Below are positions 9,957 through 19,314 of a stretch of 64,000 nucleotides of DNA, one piece after another. Position numbers and translations under genes: made by a program. The stretch is from Candidatus Obscuribacterales bacterium (GTDB lineage Bacteria; Cyanobacteriota; Vampirovibrionia; Obscuribacterales; Obscuribacteraceae): positions 2,784,001 through 2,848,000 of the forward strand of contig CBDDIJ010000003.1 of assembly GCA_965228855.1 (NCBI GenBank). The letters run 5' to 3'. How positions within the stretch are numbered: the first letter of the stretch is position 1; every line of letters starts with the position of its first letter. The notes below the pieces were generated by a model. It was not told the origin of the DNA. It worked only from the letters and a program-made list of their open reading frames with translations, and made no database searches.

Positions 9957-11300
9957 ATGGAAACGAAATCACACGAGGGAAAATTGATTTCAACCTCGGG
10001 CACTCCCGCGGTGAATCCCGCTCTGCTGGCCAGCTGCATCCACTGCGGTCTGTGCCTGCCGGCCTGTCCGACCTACCTGGCCACTGGAAGGGAGATGGAA
10101 TCGCCCCGCGGACGCATCCACCTCATTAATCAGTGGTCGTCCGGACATGCAGAAATGACGGACCGCATGACCGGACATCTCGAGTCCTGCCTTGGCTGCC
10201 TCGGATGCCAGACGGCATGCCCGTCGGGTGTTCAGTACGAGGAAATTTTAAACCAGACGCGCCCGCACCTGGCGGTCAGGCGCAGCAGTTTTGCAAGAAC
10301 AGTGATGCGATTTGCATTTCAGCAAATTTTGCCAAGGTATAAACTGCTGCGTTTGCTTGGAAATTTGTTACGAGCCTGGCAGCTCATGTTTGGAACAGCC
10401 GTACTTGAAACCCTGTTCGGGAAGGAACGATTGCAATCAGATTCAGCGGTTGGCAAGGCTTTAAACAGATTGATCGACTGGGAAGCGTTTACTCCCATTG
10501 TTCCGCCACAAGTCAGCCTGCCACCAAGTCTGGTACCGAAGGGCAATAACGAAAAAGGGACTCACACGCAACTCTTCGCAGGTTGCGTCATGGACGTTTT
10601 CTACAATCACGTCAATCACGCGTCCATCCGCTTAATGCTGAAACAAGGACACAGTGTCGATGTACCGAAGCAGACTTGCTGCGGCGCACTGGCGTACCAT
10701 GCAGGAGAAGAAGATATTGCCATAGCCCTCGCCAAGAAAAATATCGACGATTTCGGTCACAGCAGCACACCGATAGTGGTGACATCGGCCGGTTGTGGAG
10801 CCATGCTCAAACACTACGGTCATCTATTGGAGGGCGATCGTGAGTACGCGCACAAGGCGGAGCTGTTCTCAAAGCGAGTCGAGGACATAACCCAATTTCT
10901 CGCTCACCATCAATTTCCGGATAAGCCGGAACCCTTGCCGAACAAAACGACCTACCATGCGGCTTGCCACCTTGCCCATGCCCAGAGTGTCAGAAAGGAA
11001 CCGGCGGATTTACTTAACGAGTTAAACTGCGACAGTGAGAATAAGCTCGTTCCTCTGGTTGAGTCAGAGCACTGTTGTGGCAGCGCCGGTATATACAACT
11101 TGCTGAATACGAGGCTGAGCCTAAAGGTTCTGGACCGCAAACTGGACTATATAGAAGACACAGGTGCGAAAACCGTTGTAACAACGAATCCCGGCTGCAT
11201 GATTCAACTTCAAGCGGGAATCCGCGAAAGAAAACTACCTGTCGAGGTCAAGCATCTTATTGAAGTGCTTGACGAGTCATACTTCTCAGAGCCGAAATAA
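9957..11300 (+). CDS. glcF: Glycolate oxidase iron-sulfur subunit
   Basis: CIHCGLCLPACPTY, ESPRGRI, CLGCLGCQTACPSGV and two CCG domains (QTCCGAL, HCCGSAGIYN). Confidence 0.88.
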   Translation: METKSHEGKLISTSGTPAVNPALLASCIHCGLCLPACPTYLATGREMESPRGRIHLINQWSSGHAEMTDRMTGHLESCLGCLGCQTACPSGVQYEEILNQTRPHLAVRRSSFARTVMRFAFQQILPRYKLLRLLGNLLRAWQLMFGTAVLETLFGKERLQSDSAVGKALNRLIDWEAFTPIVPPQVSLPPSLVPKGNNEKGTHTQLFAGCVMDVFYNHVNHASIRLMLKQGHSVDVPKQTCCGALAYHAGEEDIAIALAKKNIDDFGHSSTPIVVTSAGCGAMLKHYGHLLEGDREYAHKAELFSKRVEDITQFLAHHQFPDKPEPLPNKTTYHAACHLAHAQSVRKEPADLLNELNCDSENKLVPLVESEHCCGSAGIYNLLNTRLSLKVLDRKLDYIEDTGAKTVVTTNPGCMIQLQAGIRERKLPVEVKHLIEVLDESYFSEPK

Positions 11301-11604
11301 GGTTCCAGGATTCACTCGCGAAGCAAAACGGCATCCGACTGAACCGCTCAACAAATCCACGGCAAATGGCATCGGACGGCACTGCTCCACGAAACCAGTT
11401 TGCATTAGATCCGGATTCACCGTTAGCCATAACAGACTGGCTCATTACATTTTTGTTAGCAGTCTAAATTGCGCCACTCGGTGAAGATCCGCTTCATATC
11501 ACTAATCTGGAAGATTTGGTCTTTCTGGAACGATCTATAATTGTGCTTCGCCGGGTCAGGTCACCCGACGTTATCAAGACTTTCGCCAGAAAGAGGGTTC
11601 GACA

Positions 11605-12258
11605 TTGTCTACCGTGTTAGTGAAACAGCAGAAGCCCGATGTGTTCGATTTCGATTTACCGGAGGAACGGCTGAATCACTACCTCAAGAAGTCGGTCATC
11701 GCCGTAGACACCGAGACACGCGGGTTGAACCTGCGACGTGATCGCCTCTGTCTGGTGCAAATATGCGACGACGAAGGCGTTGTGAGCTTTGTTCGTTTCC
11801 GTGATCGCACTCAGCTGCCCTTCTCCGGCAACACGAATTTGAAGAAACTATTCGAAGCACAGCAAGTGATGAAGCTTTTCCATTACGCCCGCTTTGACGT
11901 CGGCGTGATGAAGTACTACCTTGATATCGACATCAACCCAATCTGGTGCACAAAGATCGCGTCGAAATTAGTCCGCACCTATACCGACAAGCACAGCCTG
12001 AAGTATCTGGTCGCGGAACTTCTCGAGATCGAGCTCGACAAGAGCGACCAGATGAGCGATTGGGCGAAGGACGATCTGACAGATTCGCAGCTTGAGTACG
12101 CCGCGAACGACGTCCGCGTGCTCATACCAATTCAGAAGAAGCTGGAAATAATTTTGGAACGAGAAGGTCGCCTGGACCTGGCAAAACGTTTGTTCGCCAC
12201 GCTGCCTCTGGTTTGCGAGATGGACAGACTCGGTTTCCAAAACATCTTCGAGCACTAA
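11605..12258 (+). CDS. rnd: Ribonuclease D-like 3'-5' exonuclease (short, no HRDC domain)
   Basis: AVDTETRGL, RDRLCLVQI, FHYARFD, CTKIASKLVRTYTDKHSLK, SDW, YAANDV (DEDDy). Confidence 0.85.
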   Translation: MSTVLVKQQKPDVFDFDLPEERLNHYLKKSVIAVDTETRGLNLRRDRLCLVQICDDEGVVSFVRFRDRTQLPFSGNTNLKKLFEAQQVMKLFHYARFDVGVMKYYLDIDINPIWCTKIASKLVRTYTDKHSLKYLVAELLEIELDKSDQMSDWAKDDLTDSQLEYAANDVRVLIPIQKKLEIILEREGRLDLAKRLFATLPLVCEMDRLGFQNIFEH

Positions 12259-12324
12259 ATTTTTTCGCATCACGAAAACAGTTTCCACCTAAACATTCGA
12301 ACCGGACCGGAGGACACAATAAAA

Positions 12325-13776
12325 ATGGAAAAGCTGATCTACGAGAAATCCAGCCCTGGACGCCGTGGAGTGAAGGTTCCAACATCCAATGTTCCGGAGA
12401 AAAAACTCTCGGACATGATTCCGAGTCAGTACGTGCGTAAAGAAGCGGCAGCGTTGCCGGAAGTCACAGAGCTGGACACCATGCGCCACTTCGTGAGACT
12501 GTCACATTTGAACCATTCAATCGATACAGGGTTCTATCCGCTCGGTTCTTGCACGATGAAATACAACCCCAAAGTCAATGACGCGATGGCGGCACTTGAG
12601 GGATTTAGAGAACTCCATCCGCACCAACCGGTCGATCAAATTCAAGGTGCCCTGGAACTGCTGTATAACCTGGAACAGATGATCGCGGAGATTGTCGGTT
12701 TGCCACACGTCACCTTCCAGCCAGCCGCTGGGGCTCACGGTGAGCTTACCGGTTTGTTGTTGATCCGCGCTTACTTCGAAGCAAAAGGTCAAACGAATAG
12801 AAACATCGTCATCGTGCCCGACACCGCCCACGGTACCAACCCTGCGACCGCAGCGCTCGCCGGCTTCGAAGTTGTCGAGATCGGATCGAACGAAAAAGGT
12901 TTGGTCGACATTGAAGCTCTGAAAGGCGCTTTGAACGAAAACGTAGCGGCCATCATGTTGACGAACCCGAACACCCTCGGTTTGTTCGAAGAAGAAATCA
13001 TGACGGTTCAAAAGCTCATGCACGAAGCCGGCGGTATGTTGTACTACGACGGCGCGAACTTGAACGCGATCATGGGTCTGGTCAGACCGGGCGACATGGG
13101 CTTCGACGTCTGCCACCTCAATCTGCACAAGTCGTTCTCCACTCCTCACGGTGGTGGCGGTCCTGGTGGTTGCGCCGTCGCTGCCCGCAAAGAACTTCTG
13201 CCATTCTTCCCGAAACCGGTTGTTGTCAAAACTAATGACGGGTATGAATTTGATTGGAATCGCGAGCAATCAATCGGAAAAATCAAAGGGTTCTTCGGCA
13301 ACTTCGGAATTCTGGTCAGAGCCTATACCTATATTCTTGCAAACGGAAGAGAAGGTTTAGAGCAGATATCACGAGATGCGATTCTCAACGCCAACTACCT
13401 GAAAGAACAGCTCAAGCACATCTACGATTTACCGCACACGCAATCGTGCATGCACGAGTTCGTCATATCCGGTTCGAGACAAAAGGCTCGTGGAGTTTCA
13501 ACTTCGCACATCGCCAAACGCCTTCTGGATTACGGTGTTCACGCTCCGACAGTTTACTTCCCGCTGGTAGTGCCGGAAGCAATGATGATTGAGCCGACAG
13601 AAACAGAATCGAAGGACACCCTCGACTCGTTCGTCGAAATAATGACGAGCATCGACAAAGAAACCATAGAGACACCGGATGTGGTGCTTAATGCGCCGCA
13701 CACGACGCCGGTGGCGAAATTGGACGAAGCACTTGCTGCTCGCAAACCCAATCTAAGATGGACGCCGGGCACTTAA
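12325..13776 (+). CDS. gcvPB: Glycine dehydrogenase (decarboxylating) subunit 2
   Basis: [34 protein letters not shown]-lysine motif [25 protein letters not shown]. Confidence 0.95.
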   Translation: MEKLIYEKSSPGRRGVKVPTSNVPEKKLSDMIPSQYVRKEAAALPEVTELDTMRHFVRLSHLNHSIDTGFYPLGSCTMKYNPKVNDAMAALEGFRELHPHQPVDQIQGALELLYNLEQMIAEIVGLPHVTFQPAAGAHGELTGLLLIRAYFEAKGQTNRNIVIVPDTAHGTNPATAALAGFEVVEIGSNEKGLVDIEALKGALNENVAAIMLTNPNTLGLFEEEIMTVQKLMHEAGGMLYYDGANLNAIMGLVRPGDMGFDVCHLNLHKSFSTPHGGGGPGGCAVAARKELLPFFPKPVVVKTNDGYEFDWNREQSIGKIKGFFGNFGILVRAYTYILANGREGLEQISRDAILNANYLKEQLKHIYDLPHTQSCMHEFVISGSRQKARGVSTSHIAKRLLDYGVHAPTVYFPLVVPEAMMIEPTETESKDTLDSFVEIMTSIDKETIETPDVVLNAPHTTPVAKLDEALAARKPNLRWTPGT

Positions 13777-13787
13777 GTGCACTTAGG

Positions 13788-13865
13788 AACCACATTTCGA
13801 AGCAGCATTCGATAACCGCAAGATTCCGAAGAGCATTGGAAACCACATTCCGAAGCACCATTCGG
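13788..13865. repeat. Three degenerate ~26-27 bp tandem repeats after the gcvPB stop
   Basis: aaccacatttcgaagcagcattcga / aaccgcaagattccgaagagcattgga / aaccacattccgaagcaccattcgg. Confidence 0.7.
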
Positions 13866-13998
13866 GAGTGCTCATTGCCATAGAATCCTCACCGCCGATA
13901 CATAAAATCGGCTGCCATGAGCTGGCTGGCGAACCCAATAGCGCTGCAAACAGCGTAAAATAGATTAATTACCCGGGACGTTGATCGCAGGCCCGTCG

Positions 13999-16086
13999 AT
14001 GTCGTTTCTCTTAGGCTTCCAGAATAAATCCGCTGATGCGGAGCCATACTCCCTCACCGCAGATGCCCTGCGGCAACATTTGCTCATCACCGGCGGACCA
14101 AGCACCGGTAAAACAAACACATGCTGGCAACTTCTCACGGAGCTGAGCAAAGAGCAAGTTCCTTTTCTCATGCTGGAAACGTCCGGCAAAAACTATCGGA
14201 AACTGACGACCGAGCAGGCTTCAATTCGCACGTTTTCGATATGCGACGACGCGAAAGACTCGCTCCGCTTCAATCCGCTGCGATGCGAATCGCATGTGCG
14301 CATTCTCAATCATATACAAACCATTGTGTCCCTCACGACAGCATCTTTCAATCTTTCGATAACGTCCTCAAAGGTGCTTGAGAAGGCGCTATATGCCGTC
14401 TACAACAATCATGGCTGGAATCTGTTCAGAAACAGAAACAACCGCGTCAAACCGAACGAGAGCGGTGAATCCAGCGGCTATCCGCCGGAAGCCTATCCCA
14501 CCCTTCTGGAACTCCTGGAGTTTATTGAAAGCGTTCCGTTCGCGAATGTGTTGGCAAGCAACCCGCCCCAGGAATTAGTGCGCGCGATTGATTCACTCGT
14601 ATCGGCCAGTAGTGGTGCCGTATTCAATACCAAGTTAGGACTGCCTCACGATTTCTACGAACACAGTCAGCTGCTGGTCGAGTGTGATGGTATCTCGGAT
14701 ATTCGCAACAAGTGTTTCCTCGTCGGCATGCTGTTGTTGCAAGTCAACGAACATTATATGAAACAAGTCGATGATCGAGAAAAGCGTTGCATCGTGATCG
14801 ACGATGCGATTCAACTGACCTATTTGATGGGTCTGCCCGGTCGACGCGTCGGCGACGATCAGAAGGAGGACAGCTGGATTCCACTGTCGACTCTTTTGGG
14901 AAATCTGCGCCGTCTTTCCGTGCCACTTATTCTTTCAATGCAGGCATCAAGCAAGCTCAGTCAAGATTTGATCGCACTGTTCGGTACAAAGATTTTTCAT
15001 CGGATCGACGTTCAGCAAGCCAAACAAATTTCAAACGGTTTACCAGAAGACCTTGATGAAAAGGAGCTCTACAAGTGTCCTGTCGGTGCCGCCTGGGTCG
15101 TAGGACAAGATCAACCTGCAAGTGTTTTTTTGAAAGTTCCAAAACATGACATTCCCGAGCGAGATACTTCGGTCGCGAACATCGGTTCGATGAAAAACAC
15201 TTTGAACTGCCGATACGCAGGCTGCTCCTCATTTCCCGGTGCCTGCGAGGATGACACCTTCGTCAAAGCGCGCGAGATTGCAGATAGTCAGGCGTTTCGC
15301 ACTATATATGTAAACTACTTCCTGAGCTGCCAGAAAGATCTCACTCAGCTGGTTCATTTCCGCGGAAGGCTGGTTGGCGAGTTGCAATCGCAGATAGGCA
15401 AAAAATTTCCCGACATCGTCGAGTTGAGCTGGTGCACAATTTGTCAGGCGACCGAATGGTATTTCGATAAGCTCGCTCGCGAACATGGTTGGTCCTATGC
15501 GGATTTGCATGAACAGAAGGAACGTTGGTTCAGTATGTTGCGCCCGGCGTTTCTACCGGATTGGCCGACGAGACGAATTAACATCGACGATCTTCGCCAG
15601 TGGCGTGATGAGTTTTGGAAATTGAAAGAACGCGACCAGGGTCCGCTTCCGCTCTGCGGAGAGTGTGACGCGAAGTGCAGATATGGATCGGATGTCGAAC
15701 ACATACTTCTAGATTCTCGCAACGAAAACGATTTTTTCAAAGCATTGTCCGGAGAGACGGAACCGCTCTCTAAGGCAGCTGCGTGGTTCTGCTGGCTGTT
15801 TTCCGAACGAGTGATGGGTGAACCTGACTTCGACCTCGCTTATTGCTTTGCAGCGCACTTCCTGGGGCGCGCGAACCTGAGTGTCGATGCGCAACTCGTA
15901 TTCGCGCACAAGACACGTCAGCAACTCGAAGATGCTAAACAAAAGTTCGAAGCCGGCGAACCAATTTTCCCGACGCCTGAAACCAAAACAGAAGAAACTG
16001 AAAAAGAAGCGAGAAGACGTCGCGCCAGAGAAAGAAGAAAAAATCGTCAGGATGGTGACGAGCCTCCTCTCAAGCCAGTTCCCTGA
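13999..16086 (+). CDS. HerA/FtsK-superfamily (DUF87-like) P-loop ATPase with degenerate motifs and a Cys-rich C-terminal domain
   Basis: HLLITGGPSTGKT Walker A, FNPL, YPTLLEL, Walker B read as IVIDDA, LILSMQ...TKIFHRI; C-terminal CSSFPGAC and CGECDAKC; start TTG 13981 or ATG 13999. Confidence 0.7.
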   Translation: MSFLLGFQNKSADAEPYSLTADALRQHLLITGGPSTGKTNTCWQLLTELSKEQVPFLMLETSGKNYRKLTTEQASIRTFSICDDAKDSLRFNPLRCESHVRILNHIQTIVSLTTASFNLSITSSKVLEKALYAVYNNHGWNLFRNRNNRVKPNESGESSGYPPEAYPTLLELLEFIESVPFANVLASNPPQELVRAIDSLVSASSGAVFNTKLGLPHDFYEHSQLLVECDGISDIRNKCFLVGMLLLQVNEHYMKQVDDREKRCIVIDDAIQLTYLMGLPGRRVGDDQKEDSWIPLSTLLGNLRRLSVPLILSMQASSKLSQDLIALFGTKIFHRIDVQQAKQISNGLPEDLDEKELYKCPVGAAWVVGQDQPASVFLKVPKHDIPERDTSVANIGSMKNTLNCRYAGCSSFPGACEDDTFVKAREIADSQAFRTIYVNYFLSCQKDLTQLVHFRGRLVGELQSQIGKKFPDIVELSWCTICQATEWYFDKLAREHGWSYADLHEQKERWFSMLRPAFLPDWPTRRINIDDLRQWRDEFWKLKERDQGPLPLCGECDAKCRYGSDVEHILLDSRNENDFFKALSGETEPLSKAAAWFCWLFSERVMGEPDFDLAYCFAAHFLGRANLSVDAQLVFAHKTRQQLEDAKQKFEAGEPIFPTPETKTEETEKEARRRRARERRKNRQDGDEPPLKPVP

Positions 16087-16253
16087 TTCTTATCTTTTCC
16101 CGATACGATACATATCTCGATCGAGAGCACCACATATATCGCTTGTGTGAATGCGTTTAAGTTCACTCTCGTTTATTGACTTTCGTAACGAACTGGAGTT
16201 AGATCTGTCGTGTGAGGAATGCGCGAACTGGGGTAGTGCAGAAGTCACAAGTT

Positions 16254-16463
16254 TTGAAGGAACGGGGAGAACCCATCTGCTCTGGACCGCTTACGCGGTG
16301 TAGGTTGATGTTTCGTCAACCAGTTTGGTGTGGTGTCATTTCCAGCGACAAAAATTGCTGCTGGGGTTCTGAAAGAAATTCTCGAAGAACCGTTATTAAG
16401 GGACTGAGCGTTAATCCGGCGCATTGATTCCTAGCGGGGCATGGGTCTCCTCCGTTTCTTCAA
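16254..16463 (+). ncRNA. Putative retron msr-msd non-coding RNA
   Basis: Arms 16254-16284 and 16435-16463 form a ~28-bp imperfect inverted repeat; internal hairpins at 16286-16299, 16303-16321, 16342-16364 and 16365-16391; ends 44 nt upstream of a retron-type RT. Confidence 0.7.
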
Positions 16464-16507
16464 TTACTGACTGAACAGTTTTCGCAGAAAACAAAGAGTT
16501 TGGTGGC

Positions 16508-17395
16508 ATGTACGATATCAATACCCTCGATCAACTCGCCGGCGAATTAGCCGTGTCCGAATTCGAGCTATTGCGGTTCGTATATCGCAGCGGTGAATTT
16601 TACAGAAGATTCAAACGCAGAAAGAGCAACGGTGACACCCGCGTCATCCACGCTCCCGATGAGCCTTTGAAGAGTCTTCACCGGGCAATTATCAAACGCT
16701 TTCTCGCTCCAATTCCATTGCCTGATGCCTGCACAGGTTTTCGTCCAGGCAAGTCGATACTAAACAACACGATTCCACATTGTGGAAGACGTTTTGTCTT
16801 CAATGTCGACATAGAAGATTTCTTTGCATCGATATCTTCTGAACGAGTTCTGGGCTTGTATCTCAGGCTTGGGTTCGCTTTTCCGGTCGCCTGCGTGTTG
16901 ACGGAACTAACTACTTTTATGGGCTCGCTGCCACAAGGCGCGCCATCCTCTCCTTATCTCGCCAATCTGATTGCGCACAGTCTCGACATGGAGATGACCG
17001 AGTACTGCAAAAACAGAGGCTGGACGTACACTCGTTATTGCGATGATATCACCATATCTGGTGACACCACTTTCACGCTCGGCGATATGAAAATGGTTAC
17101 CGAGATTCTGGACTCGGAAGGCTTCCAGTTGAACATGAAGAAAACCCGCTTCCTGCGCCGAAACTCAGCGCAAATGGTATCAGGTCTGGTAGTGAATAAA
17201 CGACCGAACTTGCCTCGCGAAAAGCGACGCAATATTCGTGCGATGTTTCACCAAGCCAGCATAAGTCCGGAGAAATACAAAGAGCGCACGCAAGAGCTGG
17301 AAAACCACCTTTCGATGCTTTCAATGTTGAATCCACAAGATGCCGAGGTTATCAAATATCGCGCGATTTTAAACAAAGTCTGCGCCCAAGCATAA
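16508..17395 (+). CDS. Retron-type reverse transcriptase
   Basis: KSNGDTRVIHAP, GFRPGKSILNNTIPH (region X, NAxxH-like), DIEDFFASI, LPQGAPSSPYLAN, YTRYCDDITIS, QMVSGLVVN (VTG-like region Y); 295 aa with no maturase or endonuclease domain. Confidence 0.88.
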   Translation: MYDINTLDQLAGELAVSEFELLRFVYRSGEFYRRFKRRKSNGDTRVIHAPDEPLKSLHRAIIKRFLAPIPLPDACTGFRPGKSILNNTIPHCGRRFVFNVDIEDFFASISSERVLGLYLRLGFAFPVACVLTELTTFMGSLPQGAPSSPYLANLIAHSLDMEMTEYCKNRGWTYTRYCDDITISGDTTFTLGDMKMVTEILDSEGFQLNMKKTRFLRRNSAQMVSGLVVNKRPNLPREKRRNIRAMFHQASISPEKYKERTQELENHLSMLSMLNPQDAEVIKYRAILNKVCAQA

Positions 17396-17441
17396 AGTTT
17401 AGCGACCGTCTGAGCCTAACTCAGCGAACCGAACACAACCG

Positions 17442-17486
17442 CAGAGAGCCGCGTGATTTCGTCGATCACGCGGCTCTCTGTTTCTT
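17442..17486 (+). terminator. Strong hairpin terminator downstream of the RT
   Basis: Perfect 16-bp stem CAGAGAGCCGCGTGAT/ATCACGCGGCTCTCTG followed by TTTCTT. Confidence 0.8.
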
Positions 17487-17508
17487 GGCAAACCAGATAG
17501 ACGAAGTG

Positions 17509-17655
17509 CTCAAGCGAAGCCAAGCGACTGAAGCCAAGCCATTAGCTCGAGCGAAGTGAGCAATCATCTCAAGCGAAACCAAGCGAGCGAAGCCAAGCCA
17601 TCAGCTTGATCTACCCCGAACCAGATCTACCTAGAACCAGATCTACGCAGAACCA
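17509..17655. repeat. Degenerate intergenic repeats: two 42-bp copies plus three 16-bp copies
   Basis: ctcaagcgaa(g/a)ccaagcga..gaagccaagccat(t/c)agct(c/t)ga at 17509-17550 and 17568-17609; gatctacNNNgaacca x3 at 17608-17655. Confidence 0.75.
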
Positions 17656-17656
17656 C

Positions 17657-18892
17657 TTAACGCATCAAATTGCTGTATTCCATTTGAAACTGAACGTATT
17701 GCTTCTTCTCGAGCAATCTAGCTATTTCGCGTCTAGTGCCTTTGATGGGAGCCAGACAAGACAGTGCCACGAAATTGATGAATGTCAGCGGTGTTAGAGC
17801 CATGATAAACTTCGTCACTTCATCGCCATGCATACCGTAGTAGCAAGCCATCGCAAGGTAAAAGCCAATCAGATTGCAGACCAGAAAGATGACGCAGTGC
17901 ATAACGAGGAAAAAGCGTTCGCGAATCAATGACGCATTGAGCGACTCCATCTCACTGAGCAATGCCGGTGGAACTGATCCTGCGGCGCCACCACTGATTT
18001 GAGCGAACGTAGGAGCGCCGCCGGTCGGAGGGAGTGGAACAGTGTTGCCTGCCGGATTCATGGACGGCGTTGGTGCCCAATCCATCTTGGTTCCGGAAAT
18101 CTGCGAAAGACGAAACGCTTCCAATTTTGCCAGGTCATCATACGAAACAGTATTCGGTATTGCGACCTGCTGAGGCAGAGGCTGCGAGAATGACTGTTGC
18201 GCGTATTGAGGATTTACGTGATTGTTCTGTTGAACAAAGCCAGAAGGGACCCCGTTCTGGCTTGGATAAACTTGTGGAAAATTGTTCGTAACTTGTTGTG
18301 CCTGGAAGTTACCGGTGTTTTGCGGCCCCTGGAAATTTCCTGCTGGTGCCTGATAGTTACCCGTCTGAACCTGAGAATTTCCTGACTGAGCCTGATAGTT
18401 CCCTGTCTGAGCCTGATAGTTACCCGTCTGCGCCTGATAGTTACCGGTTTGCGCCTGAAAATTCCCTGTTGATGCCTGGAAGTTACCTGTCTGCGCTTGA
18501 AATGCTCCCGCCTGAGCTTGAGGTTGACCTGCGTGCGTTTGGTAGTGATTGTTTTGCGACTGATGCATGCCTGGCTGAGGCTGAACGGCGTGGAATGAAT
18601 TGGTTACCGCCTGCTGCGCTTGCTGGTAGTTACCTGTCACCGTCTGTGGTGGCTGCACATAACCCTGACCGAATTGATGCGCGGACGCTCCTGGCACACC
18701 CGAACTCGGATGCGATGGGTATATGCCCATACGGCTAGCAGCTTGTGCGAAGGCTGACTCTAGAGGAATGGAATTAGTAATAGTTGGTTCGACTGTAGTT
18801 CCGCATTCACCGCAGAACTTGGCGCAGGGCTCCAATAAGTTGGAGCAATTCACGCAAGGCGTCTTTTGTTGGCGTGTCAACGAGCTGGTCAT
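17657..18892 (-). CDS. Zinc-ribbon protein with Gln-rich heptad repeats and two C-terminal TM helices
   Basis: N-terminal CVNC..FCGECG; QAQTGN(Y/F) repeats; two hydrophobic helices (FFLVMHCVIFLVCNLIGFYLA, FIMALTPLTFINFVALSCL). Confidence 0.75.
   Translation of the reverse strand: MTSSLTRQQKTPCVNCSNLLEPCAKFCGECGTTVEPTITNSIPLESAFAQAASRMGIYPSHPSSGVPGASAHQFGQGYVQPPQTVTGNYQQAQQAVTNSFHAVQPQPGMHQSQNNHYQTHAGQPQAQAGAFQAQTGNFQASTGNFQAQTGNYQAQTGNYQAQTGNYQAQSGNSQVQTGNYQAPAGNFQGPQNTGNFQAQQVTNNFPQVYPSQNGVPSGFVQQNNHVNPQYAQQSFSQPLPQQVAIPNTVSYDDLAKLEAFRLSQISGTKMDWAPTPSMNPAGNTVPLPPTGGAPTFAQISGGAAGSVPPALLSEMESLNASLIRERFFLVMHCVIFLVCNLIGFYLAMACYYGMHGDEVTKFIMALTPLTFINFVALSCLAPIKGTRREIARLLEKKQYVQFQMEYSNLMR
18301..18520 (-). 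repeat. 21-bp coding tandem repeat (QAQTGNY/F heptad)
   Basis: cctgatagttacccgtctgcg-type unit, about 9-10 degenerate copies. Confidence 0.85.
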
Positions 18893-19224
18893 CCGCGTCT
18901 TACCTTAGTGTCGTCTTAGATATTACTGTTAAAAATCGAAGTGCGGTGGATTGCAGGGGGGATTACCGCATCAAACTCTGGATGATCTCCTTGTTCGAAG
19001 AAATTCGTGGCACCGAGCCGCATTCCATGCGACCGTGACACCTTATTAGGTATGAACTTACAGTACATCCATGTCGAGACCCTGGCAACATAGTTTCGCT
19101 TCAGCTTGGACTGAATCGGATCGATATAAAAAACCGGAAACGCCCAACTGGTAAAAATTTCAAGGCGCAAAAATTTGCCATGAAACAATGCGTAATAAAT
19201 GAAAAGCCTGTAATTTAGCACCAG

Positions 19225-19266
19225 CTCATCGCTGACTCATCGCTAACTCATCGCTGAACTATCGCC
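19225..19266. repeat. 11-bp tandem repeat downstream of the ABC1 kinase gene
   Basis: ctcatcgct(g/a)a x3 plus a degenerate fourth copy. Confidence 0.7.
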
Positions 19267-19314
19267 CGCCCGGCAGCCGGGATGCTTTGCCGAATGCATT
19301 AGCATGTGTCAACT

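Noticed and set aside
16176..16205. Sigma70 promoter for the ncRNA-RT unit
   Set aside because: A good -35 (TTGACT) is present, but the -10 at 17-18 nt spacing (TTAGAT/TAGATC) is poor, so it is not called.
16212..16427. 71-aa ORF overlapping the ncRNA as a retron effector
   Set aside because: GTG start with no well-spaced RBS and no protein-like features; the region is better explained as structured RNA, though translation is not excluded.
16508..17395. RT as a group II intron or DGR RT
   Set aside because: Too short, no maturase or endonuclease domain, no intron domain V seen, and it has retron-like region X/Y motifs and QGA rather than the DGR-type SQ motif.
17509..17655. Repeats downstream of the RT as a CRISPR array or DGR template/variable repeat pair
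   Set aside because: Units are degenerate with no unique regularly sized spacers and no cas genes; mismatches are not confined to adenines, and neither copy lies in a target gene.
18916..19221. 101-aa minus-strand ORF
   Set aside because: No recognisable motifs or RBS; more likely the upstream regulatory region of the zinc-ribbon gene.
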